From contig OZ241857.1 in the NCBI GenBank assembly GCA_965203315.1, forward strand, positions 128,001-192,000: a stretch of 64,000 nucleotides of DNA. The letters run 5' to 3'. This stretch comes from Nitrosopumilus sp. (lineage in GTDB: Archaea; Thermoproteota; Nitrososphaeria; Nitrososphaerales; Nitrosopumilaceae). Every line of letters starts with the position of its first letter. Within the stretch, counting starts at the first letter, position 1. Of this stretch, positions 30,070 through 39,653 are shown in pieces. The notes beneath the pieces were generated by a model, which made no database searches, had not been told where the DNA came from, and saw nothing but the letters and a program-made list of their open reading frames with translations. The position numbers were made by a program, and so were the translations under genes.

Positions 30070-30574
30070 CCTCATACCAAAAAAGACCAAATTCGTAAAA
30101 TTCGACGAATTTCCATATAAAGTAAAACTAGCGAGAGGATATGGTTGGCTAGCAGTCACAGATGGACATGTAATTGTATATATTGCAACCTCTCGTTCAA
30201 GAGTTGTTTTGGAACAGTTTTTCAAAGAATTTCTGCGCATGCCGATGACTGTTGACGGATATATCGTATATCAAATCATCTGTAAACTGTTGGGAATCAA
30301 GAAACAGCGATGTTGGGTGCATGTCATACGTGACTCAAAAGGAGCGCTAGACACGACAAAATATGCGGCGGCAACGCAGGCACTACACCGAGAGCTGCAG
30401 TGGGTATTTCATGTTGCGAAAAAACGGCCGCCTGGAGACGTATCTGATCTACTGGGCAAACTGTACGAGATTGCAGACCAACATGAAAAGCTATAGTGAC
30501 ATGACGAATTAATTTCACTGTTATGTCCATTAAAACACTAAAATTCACGCATTGACATAATTTTTAGTGATATC

Positions 30575-30817
30575 TTGAGTACAAAACACAAAAATCTTCT
30601 TCTAGCTCTTAAAAATAAAAAGTACGCGCACATACGAACTAGAATCTTTGGTGTAAAGATGGTTCTAATTGATAAAAACACAATATCACGTACAGCAAGG
30701 CATGTTGGCAGGACGGAACGTACCGTGTATAATTGGCTAAGACGATACAAGCGAGAAGGAATTGCAGGACTAGAAGACAAACCCGGTAGAGGAAGAAAGC
30801 CACTAACACGAGTTTGA
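30575..30817 (+). CDS. Stand-alone HTH protein paralogous to the IS630 transposase N-terminus
   Basis: ARHVGRTERTVYNWLRRYKREGIAGLEDKPGRGRKP versus AKSVGVTERTVYNWLNRFDEKALFGLEDKGGRGRKP. Confidence 0.75.
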   Translation: MSTKHKNLLLALKNKKYAHIRTRIFGVKMVLIDKNTISRTARHVGRTERTVYNWLRRYKREGIAGLEDKPGRGRKPLTRV

Positions 30818-30821
30818 CGTA

Positions 30822-31868
30822 TTATGCAACGATCTCTCTTTTTATGAATGCCAAAAGATCGAGCGTATGTCGTGTCTTTTTTAGATAGTCACGCACAGCA
30901 GCTTCCATCTCTTCAACTGTCTCATAGTATACTCCAACTTTGATCTCTCGTTTGAGCTGATGCCAATACTCTTCGATTGGATTGAACTCGGGTATTGCTC
31001 TTGGCAGATAGACGAGTTTGATATCCTTGCCCTTGATGAACTCTTCGACCTCTTCTCCTTTATGCGTCTTGGGACCATCGAGCAGCAGTATCACTTTTTG
31101 AAAGCGTTTGTACAGGTTTTTCAGAAACTCCAAGAAACAGGCCTTGTTTGTACTCTCTACTATCTCAAAGTATTGCACTCTACCTTGACCTATTGCCCCC
31201 ATTACGATCACTTTATCACGTGACCCCTTTGAGGTAGCATATACAGGCCTGCCTATTTTGGTCCAGAATTTAGCACCATTCTTGGTTTCTAACGTCAAGA
31301 TTGTCTCGTCCATTGCAAACAGTTTCCAACCTTTCTTCTTGAGATGTCCATACATGGACAGTACCCTTTTACGGAATGCTTTGATCTCTGGAGGTTTAGC
31401 TCGATTTCTGTATGCCGTTTGTGAACGTTTCCTTGACCACCCTAACTTTTTCATCCTCTTTCTTATCGTATCAAAGTGTTGTCTTACACCTGTCTCGTCT
31501 AAAAGTAACTTGTACATGTCTCTAGGTGTTGTTCTTTCTTGAGTGTCTAGTATTTGCTCATATGTTTCGTCAGGTATCTTGGGTTTTCTTCCACGACCGC
31601 CCTTGTCTTCCAGCCCAAAAAGAGCCTTTTCGTCAAATCGATTGAGCCAATTGTATACTGTACGTTCTGTTACTCCAACAGATTTTGCAGCAAGTGCTAC
31701 TGTACAGCCATCGACTATGATCATCTTGAGAGCTATGACTTTGTGTCGTATGTGTTGGTGTTTTCTTTTCTTAAGACCCTTCTTGAGTATTTTTCTCTGT
31801 GATCCAGACCATCGTCTGGGCGATTTAGATGTCTTTGAAGTATTGACAGATCTCTTTTTTGTTGCCAT
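30822..31868 (-). CDS. IS630-family transposase
   Basis: HTH N-terminus; DDE residues in FAMDET, LLLDGPKTH and PEFNPIEEYW. Confidence 0.94.
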   Translation of the reverse strand: MATKKRSVNTSKTSKSPRRWSGSQRKILKKGLKKRKHQHIRHKVIALKMIIVDGCTVALAAKSVGVTERTVYNWLNRFDEKALFGLEDKGGRGRKPKIPDETYEQILDTQERTTPRDMYKLLLDETGVRQHFDTIRKRMKKLGWSRKRSQTAYRNRAKPPEIKAFRKRVLSMYGHLKKKGWKLFAMDETILTLETKNGAKFWTKIGRPVYATSKGSRDKVIVMGAIGQGRVQYFEIVESTNKACFLEFLKNLYKRFQKVILLLDGPKTHKGEEVEEFIKGKDIKLVYLPRAIPEFNPIEEYWHQLKREIKVGVYYETVEEMEAAVRDYLKKTRHTLDLLAFIKREIVA

Positions 31869-32391
31869 TGTAATGTCTAGAACACATTAATTCATAACTT
31901 ATGATGTCAAAAATAGTTGATACTGAAATTAATTTATCTTGTCACTATAGGCAACAAGAAATTTGCCACGACATTGCGCAATGCTGCACCAGATCTGCTT
32001 ACGTTTGTACAACATCCTGGAATGGATCCAACAAACAACGAGACCGAGAGATATGTTCGCAAACCTGTGATCAGACGTAAAATATCACAACACATCGTAT
32101 CGGAGACAGGAAGAAAGAATTGGTCTATTCTGTGGACAATCTTTCTGACGTGTCGCAAACAAGGCAAGAACATTCATGACGTATTGTTGCGAATCTTAAA
32201 GAAACAAGACGTCAGTGATCTCATAAACGGCGTATAATTTTCACACCAAAACTCGATCCTAGCAGAGCATTTGCATATCTGGTATCCGACAGTGATGATT
32301 CGTGGACTAATCGTATTCCTTTAAAAGGGACTTAACCGGTTACCCAAAAAGATCCGTCTAGTTTATATATCGTTCCATTCATCCATTCGTT

Positions 32392-33846
32392 GTGAGATTA
32401 TTAGCGATTTTTACTGTAATATCTGTAATATCTGTAATTGGTTTAATAGATAATGTTCAAGCATCAGAACCTGATCTTGTTATAAAATATGTAGACTATG
32501 ATGTGCATACTTGTCATACTACAGATGAAGGTTGTTTCATATATTTCCCCGAGAACGCACAAGTTAGGTTAGGCGGAACTGTGGAATTCATAAATCACGA
32601 TCAACGTACTTATTGGCATGTAGTAACTACATGTCCACCACAAGATGGAAATAAACTTGGTGGAATACAAATAAAATGGTGTAGTACAAGTTCGGGTTAT
32701 TTTAGCTCTCCAGAGCTTAGATTTAATGATACTTTTACATGGACAGCAGATAAAGTTGGAGTCATCAAATTTTACGATTGGATGAACAGCAACATGGAAG
32801 GATCATTTACGGTCATAGATGACTCTACGCCACCAGTTACACCACCTGTAACACCAACTATAACGCCACCAAAAACAACAGATAAAGATAAGAAATGGAA
32901 AGATAGAATGCAAGAATTTAAAGAAGATCTTAAAGTTGCATTTGGTACAGATAATAAAACCAAAGCACATTTGATTCAACAAGCACAAATTTGCAAGGTT
33001 AATGCTGATGAATTATCTAATTTACGAACTCTTACAACTGAACAACAAAAAAAGATAGACAAACTAGAACGAGAATCGACTGAACTCTTTGCATCCTATA
33101 ACGTAATAAGTCAAGAATATAACAAACTTCTCGATGAACTCGCTAATGCAACAAAAAAGATTGAAGAACTAGAGAGTAAAAATCTAGAGTTAGAAAATCA
33201 AAACAATCAAGAACAAAATAACGAGTCAGAAGCCCAAAGAGTTGAACCAGTCAACAATCAACAAACAAGACAAGATTCACCAACAATATCAATAACTATA
33301 CCTGATTCAATGGAATTTGATAATACGGGTAGAACGATCGATCTGTATGGTGGAATTGACAATAGACTACGAATAGACACTGCATATCAAGATGGTGGAA
33401 CCGCATATCATGTAAACGACAAAGCATACATTACAATGTTCCGCGACACATGGATTACAAATAAACAGTTTACAGCATCTGGCGGGCAGTACTGTTACGT
33501 GGGTGATCTGGCGGTTGGTCAAAATGCAGAAATTTCTAAACAACACACAAACACACTGAATATTCAATTCAGACAATCCACAGATACTGCTAGATGTGGC
33601 GGTTCACCAGATATCACACTTGATGATAAATTATCTCTTAGCAAAGAGATCTATATAAGATTTGCAGGTACTGATGGCCAAGTACCATTTTATCACACGG
33701 AGGACGGTACCATGGATATACCTAAATGTACAAATGACAATTTGGGCGCCACAAACAATCTGATAGGAGATGCTGAGATCTGTTATGGAAAGAACGGCAG
33801 TGACACAATACTGGTATCAAAGATACTTGCTGTCTTTGGTGTATGA
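32392..33846 (+). CDS. Secreted mosaic protein: cupredoxin-like domain, Pro linker, coiled coil, and a copy of the giant-protein repeat
   Basis: Signal peptide; GGTVEFINHD..HVVT...FTWT..KVG...MEGSFTV. The C-terminal ~190 aa align with repeat 4 of 8737-14607. Confidence 0.85.
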   Translation: MRLLAIFTVISVISVIGLIDNVQASEPDLVIKYVDYDVHTCHTTDEGCFIYFPENAQVRLGGTVEFINHDQRTYWHVVTTCPPQDGNKLGGIQIKWCSTSSGYFSSPELRFNDTFTWTADKVGVIKFYDWMNSNMEGSFTVIDDSTPPVTPPVTPTITPPKTTDKDKKWKDRMQEFKEDLKVAFGTDNKTKAHLIQQAQICKVNADELSNLRTLTTEQQKKIDKLERESTELFASYNVISQEYNKLLDELANATKKIEELESKNLELENQNNQEQNNESEAQRVEPVNNQQTRQDSPTISITIPDSMEFDNTGRTIDLYGGIDNRLRIDTAYQDGGTAYHVNDKAYITMFRDTWITNKQFTASGGQYCYVGDLAVGQNAEISKQHTNTLNIQFRQSTDTARCGGSPDITLDDKLSLSKEIYIRFAGTDGQVPFYHTEDGTMDIPKCTNDNLGATNNLIGDAEICYGKNGSDTILVSKILAVFGV

Positions 33847-34092
33847 TTTGTGTATTAAGATATCTAAACACATATTTAACAATTGATTACTGATGGTCGC
33901 ATCAATTCTTGCAAATTTGTCTAGATGGGCTTCATCATGTGATTTGGCACAAAACTATCAAATTATTTTATGGACGACTAAATATAGCAAAACCTAGGTA
34001 ATCTCTCAAAATAATCGTCGGATAGAGTCGTCTCGATATGGATAGTTTTACAACTAGTTTTTGTTTACTTTTTTATAGAAATAATCTATCTG

Positions 34093-34974
34093 ATGGTTGT
34101 GGATATACGAAATTTTGTTGCCAACAACTTTCCTGATATTGAAGTAGGTCTAGGTGGTTGTACAGCTGACAATAATCGTTTCAAGTCATGTGGATATGAT
34201 ATCACGGTATTTGATAACACATCAAAACCAGTAGAGTTGATCCATCATGATTCAAACTTTGTCGTAATTAATCATGGATCTCTCGAAGAGACAGTCTCAT
34301 CCAAACTGTTACAATATGGCTCACTCCAAGTCATTCAAGACCCCTCGTGGAATTTACACATGTTGTTGTCTAAAATTCATGCTAGACGTACTAGACTCTT
34401 TAGAGATCTCGCATTGAACAGCATCATCGAGTCCATGTTCTGCTGTCAAAAGGCAAAGTACTTTTTAGGCAACTCTGCTATCTTTGCTTCTTGTTGGCAA
34501 AAATGTGCATCGTTTTATCTAGCTGATGCTATCGTCGCACTCAATGACAAAAGACCTAGTCCATCACACATGCTCGATATACTGCGTGATCTACCAAACA
34601 CTCTTACGAATCAACATGTTGCCGTACTCTTCGAGACGATCGGAATAGAGCGCGCTACGACAGTACTACTAGAGCGAATATTCAAATCTACGATTGGATT
34701 CATCGAGATGACAAACATATATGACACATCCCTAATCAGTTCAAAGTTTGACTTTTTTATATCAAATACAATGTTTGCCAGCTGTTACTTTTATCTAGGT
34801 TATCTCAACCGTAACAATCTAGCTAATATTGGAACTGGGACCAATCCAGATCTAGATCATCTTCTCAAGACGGCATTTGATATAGATGCAGACTCGAACC
34901 AAACCATCAAAAATCTAGATGTGATTCACAACTCGTGCGTCTCTCTTCTAGAGATCTCTGACAATCTCGTCTGA
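34093..34974 (+). CDS. Hypothetical protein, possible nucleotidyltransferase-like N-terminus
   Basis: VGLGGC...CGYDITVF pattern; full-length ORF with host-like composition. Confidence 0.7.
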   Translation: MVVDIRNFVANNFPDIEVGLGGCTADNNRFKSCGYDITVFDNTSKPVELIHHDSNFVVINHGSLEETVSSKLLQYGSLQVIQDPSWNLHMLLSKIHARRTRLFRDLALNSIIESMFCCQKAKYFLGNSAIFASCWQKCASFYLADAIVALNDKRPSPSHMLDILRDLPNTLTNQHVAVLFETIGIERATTVLLERIFKSTIGFIEMTNIYDTSLISSKFDFFISNTMFASCYFYLGYLNRNNLANIGTGTNPDLDHLLKTAFDIDADSNQTIKNLDVIHNSCVSLLEISDNLV

Positions 34975-35014
34975 TGTTTTAAACTTTTAAAACAAGCAAA
35001 ATCTATAGTATCTT

Positions 35015-35149
35015 ATGTCAGATGCAGCATGCGGCTGTGCCGCACAAGCAGAAAACAATACAGAGTGTGATTGTCAAATGCAAGGTGAGTGCTACTGTGA
35101 CGCTACTTGCGACTGTGGGCTAGACATTTGCAAGAATACAGAGCACTAG
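35015..35149 (+). CDS. 44-aa Cys-rich metallothionein-like protein (not in ORF track)
   Basis: MSDAACGCAAQAENNTECDCQMQGECYCDATCDCGLDICKNTEH. TATA-like TTTTAAAA about 25 bp upstream and a T-tract just downstream. Confidence 0.75.
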   Translation: MSDAACGCAAQAENNTECDCQMQGECYCDATCDCGLDICKNTEH

Positions 35150-35544
35150 ATCATCACATCCTCTTTTTTTCTTTTACTGTTGTTGACGCAACTGTTAGAT
35201 GTAATTGCATCCAATCTGTTTCGTCACACTATCTTTTCGTATTAGTTATTAATAAACTTAAAGATTTTTAATAAAAATAACTGTTAGCCTTATTAAATAA
35301 TTAATAACATTGGAGTATTTTCGGATTATGTGGGACGAAACTATGCTGAGAGACTAAAAGATTGCAATATTCGATACAATGTTATCATTAATCCTGAGCA
35401 TTTTTGAATAGTGGTGTGCAAACTAGATACCGCAAACTGAAAAGATGCATTGAGGAGAACATATCTCTAGTGTAACATGGCAGTAAATTAGATAAATGTC
35501 TTTACAAGCAATTCACATAAACATGTAATACAAAATATGATTCT

Positions 35545-35712
35545 TTAATCTTCATCTTCTTCTATGCCCCATGATTTCACCAAATCTTTTTGGAACTTGT
35601 CAGCCTGCTTTTCGTTTAAGGCAAAACCACAGTTTTTGTGAGTGGGAACAACTATCATGCCATCTAGCTTGAACTCTACTTCATACATGTGAACCTTTGA
35701 ACACTCGCACAT
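35545..35712 (-). CDS. Small 55-aa protein with CxC and HxxC putative metal ligands (not in ORF track)
   Basis: MCECSKVHMYEVEFKLDGMIVVPTHKNCGFALNEKQADKFQKDLVKSWGIEEDED. Confidence 0.65.
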   Translation of the reverse strand: MCECSKVHMYEVEFKLDGMIVVPTHKNCGFALNEKQADKFQKDLVKSWGIEEDED

Positions 35713-35791
35713 CAATGTTTATCATCATATTCCTCTATATTTGCCTATTTGAATAACCTTTAACTATCTGTCTCTGGTATCTGTATTTGAA

Positions 35792-37282
35792 TTGCAACGA
35801 GCGATCTTGTTGACTCTATTGGTGTTTGTATCTGTAGGATCCTATCTGATATCTGATGCGTATGCACAGTTTCAGTCAGGTGGAGTCAACAAAGAAGGCT
35901 CATGGTATGCAGGAGAGGGCCTAAAGCAAGGCGACTATTTTTCATATGATATGTGTCATGTAGACCATAAAGAATGTGTAGACTTTAGAATGGACTTTTG
36001 GATTAGTGGTGATGTTCAAACTGGTATCGAGAGTAAGTGGCTTGTTGAAGTTGTAGTTTATGATGGCGCTAAAACTGTAGTTGGTAATATGGAGCTTGGC
36101 AAGATTGCTCCTGAACCAACTGGCGGAAGTTCAGATATTGGTGCATATCGAGGCGCTTTCAAGTCTTCTATAGTGTGGTTATCTGCATATGCAACAGCTG
36201 ATGGTCACGGTGGTAAGGGATCAAAAAAGTTTAGTGACGTCTCGTGGGGAAAGATTGGAAACATTGGGGGCGAACAAGTCGTTCCAATGACAATTGAGAC
36301 AGTTTCTGTCCCTGCGGGAACGTTTGAAGATACTGTACAGGTAGGCTGGCGAACCGGTGGTAAAACTAGCAAGATATGGATCGTTGATGACTTTCCATTT
36401 CCTATAAAAGCAGACACATATGTTCAAGAACCTGAAGGAATACCTCCACAAGCGTACAAGTTTGAGCTACTAGAGTATCGTGAGAATGTACAGTCTAATC
36501 CCTTTGAAGGAATTCAATCTACTGCGGATATATTTGCTGATTCTGGATGTGATGTAAACTTTGAGCGAGACAATGTTATAAAAAAATCCACTGCAAACTT
36601 TAACTATCAAATTCATCTGTTTTATGGTCCTGAAGAACCAGTACAAGGATGTGAGATGCAGTGGCTCATAAAATTCATCAACAAATTTGACGATACGGAG
36701 TTTTTGAACCAAGTTCAATTTGATGTGCAAGTGTACGGTGACGATCTGAAACGTATTCGTTCTCTAGCAGCAGAGGAGGGTAGACGATTTCTCTATTCGC
36801 AATCTGGGCAGTACACTCTTGACATGACAGTCAAAGAAGCTCCCGGCGATGCACATTATGTAATTTTTGTGTACGGTACTGCTCCTGAGACTATTATTCC
36901 TACCAATGATCCTGACTATCTAGAGGTTGTGATCCCAATACGTCAAGGTACAGAGATATCTACGCCGATAACATCACTCACTCCAGCTCCATCAGAATCA
37001 GATGTGTCAAAACCAATTCCAGAATGGATCAAGAATAGCGCCGAGTTTTGGATCAATGGAGATGTAGACGACTCTACGTTCATCTCTGCTCTACAGTTTC
37101 TTATCCAACAAGGCATCATAAACGTTCCACCAACTAGTATAAACCAAGACTCTGACTCTGACGAGATTCCAGAATGGATCAAGAATAGCGCCGAGTTTTG
37201 GATCAATGGAGATGTAGACGACTCTACGTTCATCTCTGCTCTGCAGTTCTTGATAACTCAGGGAATAATAGTTGTACAATAA
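35792..37282 (+). CDS. Secreted protein with two C-terminal IPxWIKN domains (thaumarchaeal surface-protein module)
   Basis: Signal peptide; IPEWIKNSAEFWINGDVDDSTFISALQFLI occurs twice. Confidence 0.85.
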   Translation: MQRAILLTLLVFVSVGSYLISDAYAQFQSGGVNKEGSWYAGEGLKQGDYFSYDMCHVDHKECVDFRMDFWISGDVQTGIESKWLVEVVVYDGAKTVVGNMELGKIAPEPTGGSSDIGAYRGAFKSSIVWLSAYATADGHGGKGSKKFSDVSWGKIGNIGGEQVVPMTIETVSVPAGTFEDTVQVGWRTGGKTSKIWIVDDFPFPIKADTYVQEPEGIPPQAYKFELLEYRENVQSNPFEGIQSTADIFADSGCDVNFERDNVIKKSTANFNYQIHLFYGPEEPVQGCEMQWLIKFINKFDDTEFLNQVQFDVQVYGDDLKRIRSLAAEEGRRFLYSQSGQYTLDMTVKEAPGDAHYVIFVYGTAPETIIPTNDPDYLEVVIPIRQGTEISTPITSLTPAPSESDVSKPIPEWIKNSAEFWINGDVDDSTFISALQFLIQQGIINVPPTSINQDSDSDEIPEWIKNSAEFWINGDVDDSTFISALQFLITQGIIVVQ

Positions 37283-37297
37283 CGGGGTTTTTAGATT

Positions 37298-37648
37298 TTG
37301 CCGATTTACCCCAAGCGTAAAATTCGAGGTCTCTTAAAGAATGGAGATTATGACAAAGCATTAGAGCTTGGAAAGAGTTTAGAGTCTCGCTATGCCAAAG
37401 ATAGTGACTTTATGTTCATTATGGGTAGTGCGTACTATCTGGTTGACGAGTTTGCAAAAGCGATTGACTATTTTGAACGTAGCCTAGAACTAAACGATCG
37501 TGATCCTGACACACTATCTCTCAAGACCAACGCACATCTTGCCCTAAAGCAGAAGGATGAAGCAATCAAATGTGTGGAACTATTATTGGAGATCAATCCC
37601 AAAAATGATGAAGCGTTAGATATACTAGAACAACTTCGTAACGTCTAA
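37298..37648 (+). CDS. Tetratricopeptide repeat protein
   Basis: TPR consensus: AIDYFERSLELND and AIKCVELLLEINPKNDEA. Confidence 0.85.
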   Translation: MPIYPKRKIRGLLKNGDYDKALELGKSLESRYAKDSDFMFIMGSAYYLVDEFAKAIDYFERSLELNDRDPDTLSLKTNAHLALKQKDEAIKCVELLLEINPKNDEALDILEQLRNV

Positions 37649-38118
37649 GACTTTATCTGGTATACTTGATCCAAGAGCCAATCACAGAATTTAGTGACAT
37701 TTACATCAAACTCTGTCCATATGTGAACAGAGTGTGGCAAGATATCTATCTTCCAGTCTTTGGTAAACACACGAACTCCTTCCTTGTTCTCATACATGTA
37801 CGCATCCTCTGTCTTTACATCTCCAAGTATCTCGACTGCCTTTTGTTTTATTATACTGCGGTCTATTGGAAATCTAGTACGTTCGTAATCGATTATCAGA
37901 CTCAGATCTCGTTTTCCGTACATCTCAAACTCTTCGATCCTTCCTTCCTTTGGAAAGTTTACGATCAGTTTGATGTTGTATCTCTTGCCTACCTCTCTCC
38001 CGATCTCTACTATTCTTGCATATCCAATACCTGGATTCTTTTGCAAAAGAAACTGAATCTGGGCAAGATCTCTCCTCAGTTGAGTTTGAAGATCCTCTAC
38101 TATCTTTGAGAACATCAT
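37645..38118 (-). CDS. Hypothetical protein
   Basis: 157-aa ORF with normal composition, converging on the TPR gene. Confidence 0.75.
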   Translation of the reverse strand: MMFSKIVEDLQTQLRRDLAQIQFLLQKNPGIGYARIVEIGREVGKRYNIKLIVNFPKEGRIEEFEMYGKRDLSLIIDYERTRFPIDRSIIKQKAVEILGDVKTEDAYMYENKEGVRVFTKDWKIDILPHSVHIWTEFDVNVTKFCDWLLDQVYQIKS

Positions 38119-38316
38119 GGCTTGTTATTTTCTGGGGTACATACAATCTAAAAGTTTTGAGGTGTCCGATTAACGTTTTAAAGAATTAACAGTTTGAGAT
38201 TTGTAGATATCAGATTCAAAATTAAATGCTGTTTTGTATATTCGTAGAACAAGTGTGAACAGAATTGTCAAACACATTTGATGTGATGCAAACTAGAATG
38301 TACACACCGTACACAT

Positions 38317-38456
38317 AAGACTGTATGCGTATTATTGAGTGCCCATGCACAATCATCAAACATGACAACAATGAATCAATTTGCCTCTAGAAATTACACC
38401 TGTGTTTTACTGTACCTTAAATGTGCGTATGATGTAAGAAATACGCATACAGTCTA
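38317..38456 (+). mobile_element. MITE family A copy 2
   Basis: AGACTGTATGCGTATT ... AATACGCATACAGTCTA; core shared with 16907-17048. Confidence 0.85.
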
Positions 38457-38492
38457 TAGTACGAATTGTAGAAATTGTACACACCATCATAT

Positions 38493-39380
38493 TCATAGAT
38501 ATCTCTTGTTGTCTCTGATGTACTTTGATACAAACCACTTTAAGAATATCATGTCGTTGTCTTGTGCTTGCGATGCCTCTAGTTTTTTTAAATACGTCAG
38601 CTTTTCTCTTGGCAAGATGTTGATCCATGGATACTTGTTTTTGTACAATACTAGTAACATCAACAGTCTTCCAACTCGGCCGTTTCCATCAATAAACGGA
38701 TGTATCGTCTCAAACTTTTTGTGAAATAGCGCAGCTAGGATCACGGGATTTAAACTATTCTTATTTTTTTTGTACCATCTCAAGAGATCTCTGATATCGG
38801 GAATCACATCTGGCCACAATGAATACTCTGAACTACCTCCTAACGGTCCCACATCTTGGCGTCTAAAACTTCCTGCATTGTTTATGTCTGTCTTTTCAAA
38901 GAGTGTGTTGTGCCAATTGAGGATCAACTCTTTAGAGATATTTGGATTTGCAAGTAACTCGTCAAATATCTCTTCCAACTGTTCTGCTTCTATGATGTGT
39001 TCGGTTGCTGTATCCTTGGGCGACATTTTATACTCTAACAATTTTTTTGTCTGACCATGTGTCATAGTACTTCCTTCGATTCGTTGTGTGCTGTATATGT
39101 GAATGACCTTAAAGTCTCGATTCTCTGAATCAATTATTTTTGGATCTGATTTGTCTATGTATCTCGAATATCTCTCTCGAATCTCTTCTAGCAGACTAGT
39201 CTTCTCTTTGAGAAATACATCCTCTTCAAACTCTCTCTTTAACTCTTCAATGTTGTCGGGTATTCTCTTTCCCAAGTATCTCTCGTACTGTCTCGTACTC
39301 GACTTGTGAGTCAGATAATGGTATTTGTTGTTGCCCTTTCTCCGAGTTGTCACTGTTGCCATGTAGATATTACCCAGCAT
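38493..39380 (-). CDS. Fic-domain protein (class II, N-terminal inhibitory motif)
   Basis: Canonical HPFIDGNGRVGR; (S/T)xxxE(G/N) motif TQRIEG. Confidence 0.92.
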   Translation of the reverse strand: MLGNIYMATVTTRRKGNNKYHYLTHKSSTRQYERYLGKRIPDNIEELKREFEEDVFLKEKTSLLEEIRERYSRYIDKSDPKIIDSENRDFKVIHIYSTQRIEGSTMTHGQTKKLLEYKMSPKDTATEHIIEAEQLEEIFDELLANPNISKELILNWHNTLFEKTDINNAGSFRRQDVGPLGGSSEYSLWPDVIPDIRDLLRWYKKNKNSLNPVILAALFHKKFETIHPFIDGNGRVGRLLMLLVLYKNKYPWINILPREKLTYLKKLEASQAQDNDMIFLKWFVSKYIRDNKRYL

Positions 39381-39653
39381 AAACTAATAACTTTTATTAA
39401 ATTGTAATAAAACGCTGGGTAATTGCTATTGGGCAACATAGATACTGTATCAAATAGGCACAGGTGACAAAACGTATCGCTCTTGTCCTAGATTGCAGGT
39501 CAAACATGAGTTTGTACTTGTTTAGGATGCTATACACGGTACAAGATTTGAGACGAATCCGTTTGTGATATTTGCTACTCTGCAAGTGTATTGATGGACT
39601 CGACTATTCTCGTTTACAGATCCAGAGAACAGTTTTTTAGAACTAGCTTGTGA

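Larger units (their letters stand above)
30494..31947 (-). mobile_element. IS630-family element (1454 bp) with TA target duplication and two convergent ORFs
   Basis: TIR TAGTGACATGACGAATTAATTTCA versus TAGTGACAAGATAAATTAATTTCA (21/24). TA at 30492-30493 and 31948-31949. Confidence 0.92.
30070..32343 (+). mobile_element. Second IS66-family transposase fragment, interrupted by IS630, with probable right end at 32343
   Basis: TVDGY...QRCWVHVIR...HEKL | GNKKF...TNNETER is in frame once the insert and one TA are removed. ...AACCGGTTAC reads GTAACCGGTT on the minus strand. Confidence 0.85.

Noticed and set aside
24350-33850. Provirus or integrative element at tRNA-Glu
   Set aside because: No integrase, capsid, packaging ATPase or duplicated tRNA 3' end was seen; the content is IS debris and orphan genes.
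38335-38724. ORFs 38335-38724, 43027-43233 and 47604-47810
   Set aside because: They are translations through MITE sequence, not independent genes.
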